DNA of 64,000 nucleotides from an uncultured Acidobacteriaceae bacterium (GTDB taxonomy: Bacteria > Acidobacteriota > Terriglobia > Terriglobales > Acidobacteriaceae), in contig CAXTUW010000016.1 of assembly GCA_964247595.1 (NCBI GenBank), positions 614 through 64,613 on the forward strand, given 5' to 3'. This document shows positions 37,576 to 47,882 of the stretch, one piece after another. Below the pieces are notes generated by a model. The model was not told where the DNA came from. It did not search any database and worked only from the letters and a program-made list of their open reading frames with translations. Both the position numbers and the translations under genes were made by a program. How positions within the stretch are numbered: the stretch's first letter is position 1; every line of letters begins with the position of its first letter.

Positions 37576-38823
37576 TTACAAAAGCTGCTCCCCCTGTGTC
37601 TGCTGAAGGCTCTCTTTATGTTTGTGTTTTGAAGATACCGCCAACGCCGTAACCATAGAAACCGCCAGGCATGTCTCTGTGGCCACACTCGACCAAGCTG
37701 CTCCGTGCCAGGAATACTTGGGGATAAGGTATACGTTTAGCGATATGTTGAACACTGCCGCCCCAAGCTGAACTGTCGTTCTGGACCACTGGGCTCCGAG
37801 AGCCGTTAACGCGTTTCCTGCGCCGTAGTGCACACAGCGGATCAAGGGTATAAAGCATAAATATCGCAGCACCTGTCCAGCGGCACCGTACTCTTTGCCA
37901 AGCAGTGTCGTAGCGGTACCATGAAAGATAAGAATGACCCAACCGCATACGAACGAGTAGAGGACCGAAGGAGCCAACACGCGCAGCATGACGGCCCGAA
38001 CACCCTGGATGCCGTTTGCACGAGCAGTAAAGAATCGCGGCAGGGCCGCGGTGTTTAAAGCTCGCAAGGGAGCGGTCATCACCTCGATCAAACGATAAGC
38101 GGCACCATAAAATCCGGCTTCGGCGACGAACCCGTCCGCGACTAGGAAAGTTTTATCAATGTCGTTGTAGATGTAGAAAGAAGCTCCAGAAACAGCATAA
38201 GACAAGCCTTCCCAGAGTGAACCTTTCTTGAAATAGCTGTCTTTAGCCCTTCCCAAGCTATGCCGTACGGCAAGCAGCGCTACCCCACAGACACATACCG
38301 ACGCAGCGGCATACCAAAGCCCCCAGCCCAGAGCGCTAAGTCTCGATTTCTGGAGGCTTATTTGTACAGCAGCGCAGGAAACGGCAACGAATTTAGCCAA
38401 GTTGGGCAGGATGCTAATCTGGCTTGCCGCGCGGAACCTGGCGTTCGCCTGAAAGGCTTGGGATGCAAGCTCAACTGTCTTATTACAGACCAAGTCGGAG
38501 AGCACGATGATCGGTAAAAGACGAAACAATGCCGCCTGATGAAGGAGACGCCACCCAACAAGCAGCGCAACCAGTGCCGTCACGATGCAGCCCAAAAACG
38601 CCGTACGCAATGTAGGTCCCCACGCATTTAGGAAAGTCTCAGATGTCTGAGACAGCTGCCGAATCAGCACCGTGCCCTGTCCAAGCGTAGCGAACTGGGC
38701 AAGAATAGCGACAAAGGCGCTCGCCCCAATGAAAAGCCCATATTGATATGTGTCTAGGATCCTCACCAGGATCAGGAAAAAGGCGGTCTGGAGCATGATG
38801 GCCGTGATCTGCCCCGCAATCAT
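37576..38823 (-). CDS. Wzx-type polysaccharide flippase
   Basis: About 12 TM; YNDIDKTFL, AGFYGAAYRL, NISLNVYLIPKYSWHGAAWSS. The frame stays open upstream to a CTG behind GGAG (about 38859). Confidence 0.88.
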   Translation of the reverse strand: MIAGQITAIMLQTAFFLILVRILDTYQYGLFIGASAFVAILAQFATLGQGTVLIRQLSQTSETFLNAWGPTLRTAFLGCIVTALVALLVGWRLLHQAALFRLLPIIVLSDLVCNKTVELASQAFQANARFRAASQISILPNLAKFVAVSCAAVQISLQKSRLSALGWGLWYAAASVCVCGVALLAVRHSLGRAKDSYFKKGSLWEGLSYAVSGASFYIYNDIDKTFLVADGFVAEAGFYGAAYRLIEVMTAPLRALNTAALPRFFTARANGIQGVRAVMLRVLAPSVLYSFVCGWVILIFHGTATTLLGKEYGAAGQVLRYLCFIPLIRCVHYGAGNALTALGAQWSRTTVQLGAAVFNISLNVYLIPKYSWHGAAWSSVATETCLAVSMVTALAVSSKHKHKESLQQTQGEQLL

Positions 38824-38973
38824 CCAAAGCGCATCTTTCTTTAAAGATTGCTGTGCCAGTATTGTTCTCCAAACCCGTGCATTGTGACAGGGTTATACGA
38901 TCCATAGTGTAATTCTGTTCAGGCATGGGGAACGCTGCATCATTACCTCTAAAGCCCAGATGCAGTGCTGTAC

Positions 38974-40086
38974 TTAGGAAGTTCTCCTGGACCGAAGCGC
39001 TTTATTGTATGTGTTGAAGGTACTTTGAGCGATGCCTTCCCATGCCAGCTGTATCTTTCCATACTCGTAGGCCTGTCTGCGAATATGGCCTTGCCTGTCG
39101 GGCTCTTGCAGAAGAGCGAGGAGCGAGGCAGCCAATGATTGTGCGTCTCTTGGAGGTACCAGGACCCCGGTCTCTCCCTCGACGATCAACTCCGCCAATC
39201 CACCTACGCGAGAGGCGACTACAACCGTTCCCAAGGTAAACCCAATGGCAGATACACCGCTCTGTGAAGCCTCGATGTAGGGCAGAACGACAATGCTGCT
39301 CTTCTGGAACAGTCCGGCAACTTGCTGTTCCGGAATAAATTCGTCCATCACTTCCACGTCCCGCAATGAGGCAAGCAGGCCGGCATTTGCTTGAAGATCC
39401 CCACCACGGCCAGCAATGACCAACTTTACCTCAGGCAGATCGCGTTTCAGGATTGCAAATGCTTGCAAAAGATAACGAAGACCTTTATACGCCCAGATCC
39501 TGCCAAAAAATAGGAGTGTAAAGGGCTCACGCTGAACGGGGGACACATCAGCCCGCTCAGCTAGGGTGAGATAGAGCGACCCTAACTCCCCGTGAGGGAT
39601 GACGTCGATTCGCTCCGGTGCGATCCGGTAACGTGCGGACAACTGGCTACGCATGCCGTCCGTATGGGCAATCAGTCGCTGCGAGCGCCAAAAGCTGATT
39701 GCCTTTGTATACTGCAAGCCGGGAGCGGCATGTCCATCTCCAGGATGAGGCACAACGTCGTGGACGGTCGTTACCAGAACAGGAAACCGGTTAAACAGGC
39801 TGTAGAGATCGTAACCATAGTCAAAAGTTTCCTGAACGTGCACAACCTCAGGCTTGCTCTCGCGAATAAGTTCCAATGCATGCTGCATGGCCCATAGATT
39901 GCCGATTTCACGTCTTCGTAAAGGCTTGGCGAAGCTCCACAATTGTACGGTCGGCAGGGCAAGCGTTCGGCAAGTTGCCGAAAGTCCTTCAGGATGAATT
40001 ACTGTAACTTCGGCGATGTCAGCCAACGCATTGGCCAACCCCATCACATATTCCGGAAAACCCATGTGAAATAACGTGACACGCAA
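38974..40086 (-). CDS. Glycosyltransferase family 4
   Basis: TVHDVVPH, FFGRIWAYKGL, LPYIEASQSGV, SRVGGLAE. Confidence 0.93.
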   Translation of the reverse strand: MRVTLFHMGFPEYVMGLANALADIAEVTVIHPEGLSATCRTLALPTVQLWSFAKPLRRREIGNLWAMQHALELIRESKPEVVHVQETFDYGYDLYSLFNRFPVLVTTVHDVVPHPGDGHAAPGLQYTKAISFWRSQRLIAHTDGMRSQLSARYRIAPERIDVIPHGELGSLYLTLAERADVSPVQREPFTLLFFGRIWAYKGLRYLLQAFAILKRDLPEVKLVIAGRGGDLQANAGLLASLRDVEVMDEFIPEQQVAGLFQKSSIVVLPYIEASQSGVSAIGFTLGTVVVASRVGGLAELIVEGETGVLVPPRDAQSLAASLLALLQEPDRQGHIRRQAYEYGKIQLAWEGIAQSTFNTYNKALRSRRTS

Positions 40087-40169
40087 AACTTATCTTCTCC
40101 AAGATGGGGCATTTCGGATTGCTACTGCTTGCCTAGAACGATTGAACTGCTCTTGCTGTATTGAATCGT

Positions 40170-41645
40170 CTACGGACCGACGCTGCGCAACAGGTGATCC
40201 GCATAGAGAATACCGCCATACAGCCCACCGGCACCCACTACCGTAACCGCTTTGGTAACGAATGTAGACCGAAGTTCATGCGCCATGACGCCTCTTCCAA
40301 TAACAAACGATTTGAACACCACCGAAAAGATCAGGTTCGTAGCGATTCCAGCATAAAGCACGCCGGCTATGCTGTACTGGTGCACAAAGAAAAGACCCAG
40401 GACAACATAGGTACAGGCTTCCAAAATAGGTAGGTAATAGCCTGTGCTGTAGGTTCCGGTCGTGTCGATCCAGATGTCGTCGTTAATTTTTATGATGTTG
40501 AGGAGCAAGAGTGTTGCAAATAGGCCTACGACCCTCTGCGAAACACTGCCGCTATGGTAGAGCAGTGCAATCGCCGGCTTGGCAAGAAAGAAAAATCCAA
40601 GGCTGCAGGCGGTTGCGGCAGCCGCGATCGAAAGTGACGTAGAACGGTAGAAATGAGGGTAAGCTGCCTTGCCAATCGTCAGCTGACGCCGGGCAGTTCT
40701 GGCGGTCATCGTACCCCCTGCCGTTAGCGAAAAACTGAGCAGCCCAGCATACATGTATTGGTATTGGGCGTAGTATCCCAGCAACGCCAGGGAGGAAGAC
40801 AACAAAAGGATGATGTAGTCCGACTGATAGAAGAAAAGATAACCGATTCGATGAAAGAGAACAAACTTGGCCCGCTCTCGAATTGCTTTTTGGGCGTCGG
40901 CCAGTTCGGCAACAGACAAGTCTGTGTCCGTCAAGGTACGTATCACCAGCGCACGCTGCACAAGCAATTCTAGGATGCTGATCAGCGCCGTCCCCAGCGG
41001 CAAGCCGATAAAGCTGCGAAGATCTTGGGCAAGCAGAACGCCGAGGCAAACCTTCAATACAAACCCGCAACCCAGGATCATATTGCGCAACGGAACACGA
41101 TCCGATGCATTGAAGTGGCTCTGGAAAGGCAGGGCCAAGAAGGTGGAAAATGCGGAGATACAGGTTAAAAGGATCGAGGAGGCCAGAACTGCGACAGGGA
41201 TCTGTGACTTTAGCCAGAGCGACAAGAGCGCACTCGCGACACACGACGCCGGTCCCAACCAGTACATAATGCTACGCACGTTGCGCTGCAGCGCCTGGAT
41301 GAGGGCTTTTACGCGTCTTGTATCGTCACTATGAACAGGCTCGAACAGCAAAGACGTGGTTGCAGCCGCGAGACCGAGCTCCGCAAGCAAGATATAAAAA
41401 GTAATTTGGTTAAGGAGGACAATGAGTCCACCATAGCTGCTGCCGAAGCGATGCTCCGTAAAACGGAGTTGATAGATGACCACGATCGCCCTAGAAGCAA
41501 AAAGAAAAGCTGAGGAACCGATACTCCAGAAGAGAATGTTGATTCGGGATGGCGATTTGCGTTGAGGTTCAGGCATTGATTTCTTTAGGCGATCTGTTGA
41601 AAAAATCGCAGTGTAAGTTCCTGGTGTATAGACATTTCCTTTCAT
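40170..41645 (-). CDS. Second Wzx-like flippase (different subtype)
   Basis: LLNQITFYILLAELGLAAATTSLLF, FHRIG....YQSDYIILL, LGYYAQY; multi-TM. Start placed at ATG 41645 behind GGGAG. Confidence 0.8.
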   Translation of the reverse strand: MKGNVYTPGTYTAIFSTDRLKKSMPEPQRKSPSRINILFWSIGSSAFLFASRAIVVIYQLRFTEHRFGSSYGGLIVLLNQITFYILLAELGLAAATTSLLFEPVHSDDTRRVKALIQALQRNVRSIMYWLGPASCVASALLSLWLKSQIPVAVLASSILLTCISAFSTFLALPFQSHFNASDRVPLRNMILGCGFVLKVCLGVLLAQDLRSFIGLPLGTALISILELLVQRALVIRTLTDTDLSVAELADAQKAIRERAKFVLFHRIGYLFFYQSDYIILLLSSSLALLGYYAQYQYMYAGLLSFSLTAGGTMTARTARRQLTIGKAAYPHFYRSTSLSIAAAATACSLGFFFLAKPAIALLYHSGSVSQRVVGLFATLLLLNIIKINDDIWIDTTGTYSTGYYLPILEACTYVVLGLFFVHQYSIAGVLYAGIATNLIFSVVFKSFVIGRGVMAHELRSTFVTKAVTVVGAGGLYGGILYADHLLRSVGP

Positions 41646-41656
41646 CGAGCTCCCTT

Positions 41657-42964
41657 TCAATACGCTCGGTTCATGGCGGAACCTGTCGGGAACGCAGCTC
41701 GTTCGAGCGAGCTCAGAGCGCTCTTCGAGACCGTGCTGGCCTTTACCGCGCGATTGCATTCGAGGGCGAGCGATGTGGAAGTCGCGACGAATAGAAGGTA
41801 GCTTAGGCCTTCCCTCTCCACGAGAGAGGCTTCCGCGGTGGCGTGAATAAGAAAGTACAAAAGAAAGGCGAAGGGCCAAAAGCCATCGGCTTTTCTCAAG
41901 TTGCGCAGATACATAGCCGCATTGCTTCCGGCTTGTAACACGCAGATGAGAAGCAGGCCCATACCGATGATTCCAAGACCGAGCAGCCCTTCGAGATAAC
42001 CATTATGCGCATGGGGGACAAGCCACTGTACCCGAGCCACAATTTGCAGAGACTCCCCTTTCAAGCCTTGCCAAAAAGCATCATAGCCGTAACCCAACAG
42101 GGGTCTTCGACCAATACTGGCCAGGGCGCCGGCCCAGATCTCGGCGCGGCCAGTAAGGGTGCTGTCCTTCCCAAGCAGGTCCAAAACTGAACCGGAGAAG
42201 CGAGAGAGTGCAAGGCCGACAAGCGAGACTAAGGCAGCTCCCAGAACCGCGAGAGGCACGACTTGTTTTTGGGTAAAGCGTACAATCGCTAAGCTGGGAA
42301 GTAACAATAAGGTGATTGTCAATGCTAGAAGCGAGGTTCCTGAACGGGACGCCAACAACAAGCTTGCTGCCAATATCACGGCACCTACTTGTGCGAGACC
42401 CCACCTGACGCGAAACCTGTAGGTTAACGCTACCAACAGGAAAATTCCCATGTATTCGCCAAACCGGTTCTTGTGCTCAGTGATCCCCCGAAATGCTCCG
42501 TTGTGGTAAGTGTCGATGGCATAGTTGGGTGCGATACAAAGCAGAACCAGACTCGCTGCCACCATGAACAGGAAAAATTGCAAGAGCAGTGTTTGTAAAT
42601 TGTGAACCGTAAGCCTGCCGCCCAGATAAATGCCAAAGATGGTTGTGCTGAGCAGAACAAGGCTGCGCCGCAACGTGGTTCCAGGATCCACACTCCATGC
42701 CGTCGATACGATCGCCAGCATAGCCACCATAAGAAACGGCCAGGCAACACGTGCGGCCAATGCGGTTTGCCTATACCTGAACACAACCAACGTGGCCGCA
42801 CCGGCATAGATCAGAGTCTCGCTTATGCGACCACCGAGAGTTGAGATCGAGCCTTCGGCAACACTTCGCTCGTGTAGACCCGCACCGATAAACAATACCG
42901 TGAGCACTCCGATGACCATCAGGAGAAATGAAAAAGTAACGATTCGCTCGTATAATTTGTACAA
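41657..42964 (-). CDS. Wzy/O-antigen ligase family polymerase (ExoQ-like)
   Basis: FRGITEHKNRFG, SRSGTS, LGKDSTLTGRAEIW, PLLGYGY..FW, HAHNGYLE. Confidence 0.9.
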   Translation of the reverse strand: MYKLYERIVTFSFLLMVIGVLTVLFIGAGLHERSVAEGSISTLGGRISETLIYAGAATLVVFRYRQTALAARVAWPFLMVAMLAIVSTAWSVDPGTTLRRSLVLLSTTIFGIYLGGRLTVHNLQTLLLQFFLFMVAASLVLLCIAPNYAIDTYHNGAFRGITEHKNRFGEYMGIFLLVALTYRFRVRWGLAQVGAVILAASLLLASRSGTSLLALTITLLLLPSLAIVRFTQKQVVPLAVLGAALVSLVGLALSRFSGSVLDLLGKDSTLTGRAEIWAGALASIGRRPLLGYGYDAFWQGLKGESLQIVARVQWLVPHAHNGYLEGLLGLGIIGMGLLLICVLQAGSNAAMYLRNLRKADGFWPFAFLLYFLIHATAEASLVEREGLSYLLFVATSTSLALECNRAVKASTVSKSALSSLERAAFPTGSAMNRAY

Positions 42965-43016
42965 GACTTCATGCTTCCTTCCCCTGATCTGGTGGTGTTT
43001 CGATGGTGGCGACGTC

Positions 43017-44303
43017 CTATGGTACGCGTATAAAGCGAGGTTGGAGTTGCGTCTGCCCTACCTCTTCTTTACCGCGACGTCGGTCTAGATACACAGCAAG
43101 ACTGGCTCCGGCCAAGATCATCAAAAGATAATCGTAAGGGAGGCGATACCGTATTCGGGTAAAGAAGACGGCATATGCAGCGGCAGAGACGAGGTACTGC
43201 GCGGACACAAATACGATGACGTGGCGCCTGTGAGGCAGCAAGAAGGGCGAACATATAGCTAAGACGAGCATGGGGTAAAAGACCAGGGCAATGACCATCT
43301 CATACGCGCTGCTATGGCTCGCGGTGGTCTTAAGATTGGTTTGGCAATTGAACCAATTGAGTATTTTTTCGGCATACAGAATAGCCGCGCGCCGAGGGTG
43401 GACGCGCATCCAAGCCACCGCAGCCTGCTTGTATCCAGCCTCCTGCGCTACCTCATCTTTCTGGGCAAACGCGGCCGGGGCCAAGAGCCAGATGGGTACC
43501 TGGGGACCCGTGTTTGCGCCTGTGGCGGCGGAGTTGCCGTAAAACAGCATTTCCCCAGAGTTATCGGAGATAAAAAAGCCGTGGAGAACGTTGCGGTTGC
43601 GGGACGACCAACCGGCGAAGGTAGCCGCAACCAGGATGGCGATGCATGCGGCCTGCCGAAAGCGATGCGTGCGGTATAGCAGCCAACCCAGGTAAAGGAG
43701 CAGGTTCACAAGAAAGACTGGGACCGTAAGGATCAATGCGGACCAAAGGATTCCTTGCAACCATGCTGCCCTGGTCGTCTGCGCGTAGATCCAAACAAAC
43801 TCAACCCATAACGAAGAAAGTAAAAGGAAGGACGCGAACGCCTGTGGATACAGAGTGCCTGCAGTATAGAGTTCGACCACGTACACCAGGCTTAGGGCAA
43901 GCGAAAGCGAGGCGGCGCGCTGGCCAAACAGTCGTCGCGCAACACCGACCAGAAGCATGGCGCACATGGGCCAAAGTAGGAGATCAACTGTCTTAGCAAA
44001 ACGTACATTTTCAGAGACGGTTTGTATCGCAGCCAGCAGCCAGGGATAGCCAGGAGGCCGGATTGCAGTTGCATGGAAACCATCGAGCGAAAATGCTGAA
44101 AGGTGTCGCAGGTTGAATGCGAGACGGTAATAGATAGATTCGTCGACAAAGATGAAGGTTGAACGCAGATGAAACGCATAAAGAAGAGTTGCCAGGAAAA
44201 TCAACGTGAGCAGCCACAGTTGAGTCTGGTTCCAAAGAGGCAACAGACGGCGCTCCCCTGCCCTTTCAGCGACCTCGCTCGATCCTGCTCTAGGAAAGTT
44301 CAT
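43017..44303 (-). CDS. ArnT/PMT-like GT-C glycosyltransferase
   Basis: DESIYYRLA..L, IRPPGYPWLL, LYPQ, WSSRN, NSGEMLFYGN, RYRLP; multi-TM. Confidence 0.78.
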   Translation of the reverse strand: MNFPRAGSSEVAERAGERRLLPLWNQTQLWLLTLIFLATLLYAFHLRSTFIFVDESIYYRLAFNLRHLSAFSLDGFHATAIRPPGYPWLLAAIQTVSENVRFAKTVDLLLWPMCAMLLVGVARRLFGQRAASLSLALSLVYVVELYTAGTLYPQAFASFLLLSSLWVEFVWIYAQTTRAAWLQGILWSALILTVPVFLVNLLLYLGWLLYRTHRFRQAACIAILVAATFAGWSSRNRNVLHGFFISDNSGEMLFYGNSAATGANTGPQVPIWLLAPAAFAQKDEVAQEAGYKQAAVAWMRVHPRRAAILYAEKILNWFNCQTNLKTTASHSSAYEMVIALVFYPMLVLAICSPFLLPHRRHVIVFVSAQYLVSAAAYAVFFTRIRYRLPYDYLLMILAGASLAVYLDRRRGKEEVGQTQLQPRFIRVP

Positions 44304-44350
44304 CTTGCTGTTCCTTACGAGTGCATGCGACAGAATAAGTCAACGAGATG

Positions 44351-45370
44351 TTAGCGGTTTACCGAATAGATCGCCGCACCGGCTAGTGTTCCAAGAATCG
44401 CAGGAGCGTTGACGATAAAGTCTCGGGCTGTGCTCCCTGGCACGTAGAGGATATCGTTAGCCTGTAACGACAAGTCTGCGATCCTACCTTTGAACATGTT
44501 GTGCAAAGGTACATTGTCGGTGTTGTACCCGGAGCTACTACGCCGTATCAGCTTCGTGTTATTTTCTCCGGCAACCCGTGTCGTGCCTCCGGCGTAAGCG
44601 ATGGCCTGCAACACGGTAAGCGTACCGTTCACCTGCATGATGTAGGCTCCAGGTCGGGTCACCTCACCGAGGATATAAACCATCTTGGCGCGTTCGATCA
44701 CGATGCGATCTCCGGGACTGACAGAGACATCGTTTTGCAACGTGAGAACACCGTTATCCACCGGCAGGATGATCGTTGCTTTGGCGAAAGACCCATCCTG
44801 CCGCTTGATGGTGACGTGCGTGTCCGCGGCAGGGGTCAGACCTCCGGCCAAAGCGATGATATCGACCAGCGATCGTGGGCCAGGGACGGGATAGATGTTG
44901 GGATGAGCGATCTCTCCGACGATGGACACGCCCTTGGAGGCGAACTCACGAATGATGATGGAGCTTTGTGGATGTAACAGAAAATGCCCGTTCACGTACG
45001 CTTCATCGATGCGGTGGGCGGCCTCCGGCTCCGTCAATCCGGCCACGGGCACATTCTGCAGCAAGGGAAGATTGATCATTCCATCCTCCGAGACACGAAC
45101 GTCCCGCGACAACTCGGGTACGTCAAACACGGTCAGGCTCACAAGATCCCCTGACGCGATCTTGATCGGTGCAGAGCCGCTGTCCTGTTGCTGGCTTGTG
45201 TTTGAAGCCTGAGCCGGCCTATCCACAATTTGCGCGCGAGGTTGCATGCACGCCGCGAAGACGCCCGCGAGTAAGAAACTGATTGAACGACAACGAGAAT
45301 GGCGCTTTCTGTGTTGCCGTTCTGTCATTGGCGGATTGAGCACCCCTTGCAGCAGGGACAGTGTTGTCAT
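44351..45370 (-). CDS. wza: Polysaccharide export protein (Poly_export plus SLBB; Wza-like)
   Basis: IASGDLVSLTVFDVPEL, DGMINLPLL...VAGLT, VGEIAHP, GEVTRPG, LQANDILYVP. Confidence 0.9.
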   Translation of the reverse strand: MTTLSLLQGVLNPPMTERQHRKRHSRCRSISFLLAGVFAACMQPRAQIVDRPAQASNTSQQQDSGSAPIKIASGDLVSLTVFDVPELSRDVRVSEDGMINLPLLQNVPVAGLTEPEAAHRIDEAYVNGHFLLHPQSSIIIREFASKGVSIVGEIAHPNIYPVPGPRSLVDIIALAGGLTPAADTHVTIKRQDGSFAKATIILPVDNGVLTLQNDVSVSPGDRIVIERAKMVYILGEVTRPGAYIMQVNGTLTVLQAIAYAGGTTRVAGENNTKLIRRSSSGYNTDNVPLHNMFKGRIADLSLQANDILYVPGSTARDFIVNAPAILGTLAGAAIYSVNR

Positions 45371-47595
45371 GATGGATAATTTTTCTGACGAGCGAAGCCG
45401 AGCTGATCGGAGGCGTTGGAGGTAACAGCGTTGTACACCAACCCGGCTAATGGTGCCTGCACGCTATGCAGCAGCTGGAGGGCGCTCAAAAGAGATTTTT
45501 TGACTGTCAACCGATCGCGAACGACAAGCAAACTGCAATCTGTCAGGACGGCGAGTCTCACCGCATCGGCGGAATCTAAAACAGGCGCAGTCGTGAGTAG
45601 CACATAGTCGTAGCTAGTTTTCCAGGTTGAGAGAGCCTGCTGCATGCTTGCTGAACCAAGCAGATCCGCAGATAAGGGCTGTTGTATGCCAGACGCGAGA
45701 AAGTCCAGGCTGCTGGTCACCGCATGCGGTGTGACGTCTGCTAGTGATGAGTGGCCTCTGAGCACATCGGCGAGTCCGGGCTTGCCCGTCAATCCGAGAT
45801 GCCGAGTCAGAGTGCCTCGGCGAAGGTCCGCATCGACCACAAGCACCCGGCTGTTCTGTTCAGCGAGCACCGCCGCCAGATTCATCGTGACAACCCCCTT
45901 CCCCTCATTGTGCAGCGGACTGAGGACAAGAATGACCTTTGCCCCCCGAAGCGCGGGCGAGAGCTGAAATCTGGCGCGAAGGAAACGGAAGGATTCGGTG
46001 AACGAGCTCTCAGGCGCAAGAACCGACAGCTTGTAGAGCCCGCCATTTGTGTCGGTGGTGGGCATGTCTGATTCGCTGTTCACATGCGGCAGCAAGGTGC
46101 GCTGCTTCAGCTCCCGCGAGGTTACCCAAGGGACAGAAGCCAGGAGAGGCAGTCCGCTGAAGCGCTGCATCGACTCCAGGCTAAAGAGCGTCGGATCCAG
46201 GCTGTCGCGAAGCAGCACGGCACAGATTCCGAGGATCAGGCCGATGGCAGTTGCCGCAAGCAAAGTAATCGCGATTCCCGGTGTAGCGGAGGCACTGACA
46301 TGCGCAGGATCGACGATCACCAGATCGTTGGCGTTTAAGCCCGCAACTACCCCAAGCTCCTTGGATCGTTCCAGCAATCGCTCATACAGATCCCTGGTCG
46401 ATGTCGCTTCGCGATTGGCGATGACGTACCGGATGGAAGCGTTATTAGACTGATTGGCCAGAACCTTCTGCTCTTGGACCTGTTGCTGCAAAGAACGTTC
46501 CTGGTCAGCAGCAGCACGATAGTCATTGTTGGCCCGTTGTGTCAGCCGCCTCGTTTCAGCCGCAATGGAGCTTCGTATATCGGAAAGCTGCCGTTGAACC
46601 TCCCCGACCCGCGGGTAGGCCGGACCAAACCTGGTGGAAAGATCCGCCAACTGACCCGACAAGCTAGCCTCCTGTTGGCGCAGCGTTTGGATGAGAGCCA
46701 GAGAATTTACGGAACCCGGCGTTGTGGACTGCCCTGCCGCGCTCGAAAGATTGGAGATCGCCTCCGGATCACCGGTCTGCACAACGTGCAGAATGGCTCC
46801 CTTCACGATGCGATTCTGCTCGGCATTGATAAGTTCTTGCTGCAGTGCCTCCAGCCGCGAAAGCACCAGATTGTGCTCCCCGTCTGTGCCGTAGATGCCT
46901 GTATCGCGCTGAGCCTTTGCTGCTGCCTCCTCAGCGTTTTGCACCTGAGACTTCAGCTCCCCGAGCTGCCCCCCAAGCCATGATTCGGTGCGCTCCGAAG
47001 CGCTGTAGCCCACGCCAACGTTGTAAGCGATAAAATCCTGAACTAACTGATTGAGGACGCGCTTGGCATTGGCAGGGTCCGCCGCTTGGAAGTCGATTGT
47101 CAGCAGCTTCGATCCTGCCCCGGCACTCACGGAAAGATCCCGTTCGAACCGTTGCAGCACCGCTTCCCGACGATGCGGAGCGTTCTCTAATGGCGCGTTC
47201 TCTTCCCCTGCTCTAGATTTGAAATGAAACTCCGGCGTCTGTTCGAGGTTGAGCTCTCGGACGACCTGCAAGGCCAGGCGCTCGGAGGTGAGCAGGCCGA
47301 CATAGGTCTGCATCGTGATGCCGAGCTGCAAGGCACTTGTGTCCGCTCCGGTGTCGGCGAGATCAGAGATGTTGGCGGACGAATGGGCACTGAGCACTTC
47401 AAGAGCCGCCTCCGCCTTATAACGGCGCTTCGCGACGAGAAGGAACAGGCACGCCAGCAACAGAGATCCGGCAATGCACCAGAAAAACAATACGCGGCGA
47501 CGCTGAAAAACTTTGACAATCTCGGCAATGTCTAAATCCGGCTCGGGGCTGGATGGCGGCATTGCGGCGAACTCACTGGCGGGTCGATCGATCAT
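45367..47595 (-). CDS. wzc: Wzc/GumC polysaccharide co-polymerase with degenerate tyrosine-kinase domain
   Basis: Two TMs flanking a coiled-coil periplasmic domain, FTESFRFLR, VDADLRR. Walker A reads EGKG and Walker B reads VLLTTAP. Confidence 0.88.
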   Translation of the reverse strand: MIDRPASEFAAMPPSSPEPDLDIAEIVKVFQRRRVLFFWCIAGSLLLACLFLLVAKRRYKAEAALEVLSAHSSANISDLADTGADTSALQLGITMQTYVGLLTSERLALQVVRELNLEQTPEFHFKSRAGEENAPLENAPHRREAVLQRFERDLSVSAGAGSKLLTIDFQAADPANAKRVLNQLVQDFIAYNVGVGYSASERTESWLGGQLGELKSQVQNAEEAAAKAQRDTGIYGTDGEHNLVLSRLEALQQELINAEQNRIVKGAILHVVQTGDPEAISNLSSAAGQSTTPGSVNSLALIQTLRQQEASLSGQLADLSTRFGPAYPRVGEVQRQLSDIRSSIAAETRRLTQRANNDYRAAADQERSLQQQVQEQKVLANQSNNASIRYVIANREATSTRDLYERLLERSKELGVVAGLNANDLVIVDPAHVSASATPGIAITLLAATAIGLILGICAVLLRDSLDPTLFSLESMQRFSGLPLLASVPWVTSRELKQRTLLPHVNSESDMPTTDTNGGLYKLSVLAPESSFTESFRFLRARFQLSPALRGAKVILVLSPLHNEGKGVVTMNLAAVLAEQNSRVLVVDADLRRGTLTRHLGLTGKPGLADVLRGHSSLADVTPHAVTSSLDFLASGIQQPLSADLLGSASMQQALSTWKTSYDYVLLTTAPVLDSADAVRLAVLTDCSLLVVRDRLTVKKSLLSALQLLHSVQAPLAGLVYNAVTSNASDQLGFARQKNYPS

Positions 47596-47703
47596 TCAGG
47601 TACGGAGTTCCTAAGGGAGTCAGCGGGGCAGCATGCGCACACCCCCAATGAAGATGGGATCTTTGATTGGCTTTTCGCAGAGCCCATTCGCAAATTTTTA
47701 ATT

Positions 47704-47732
47704 TTTGTATTTTGAGAGTTTACACGCTTCAA
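47704..47732 (-). promoter_or_regulatory. Putative sigma70-like promoter upstream of wzc
   Basis: TTGAAG-17 bp-TACAAA on the minus strand in an AT-rich intergenic gap. Confidence 0.3.
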
Positions 47733-47882
47733 AGATCGAACGTTCGGGGTGAACCCTTCCTTGCCCTTCACTGCCTCCAGTGCAAATTTCCCACAAGGAG
47801 TCCATCTTCTGCGATCTCAGCGATAGACGACATAGCTCTTTTAGGGCAGAGGCACCGGAACAGACTTGAAAGCTCGAGGGAC

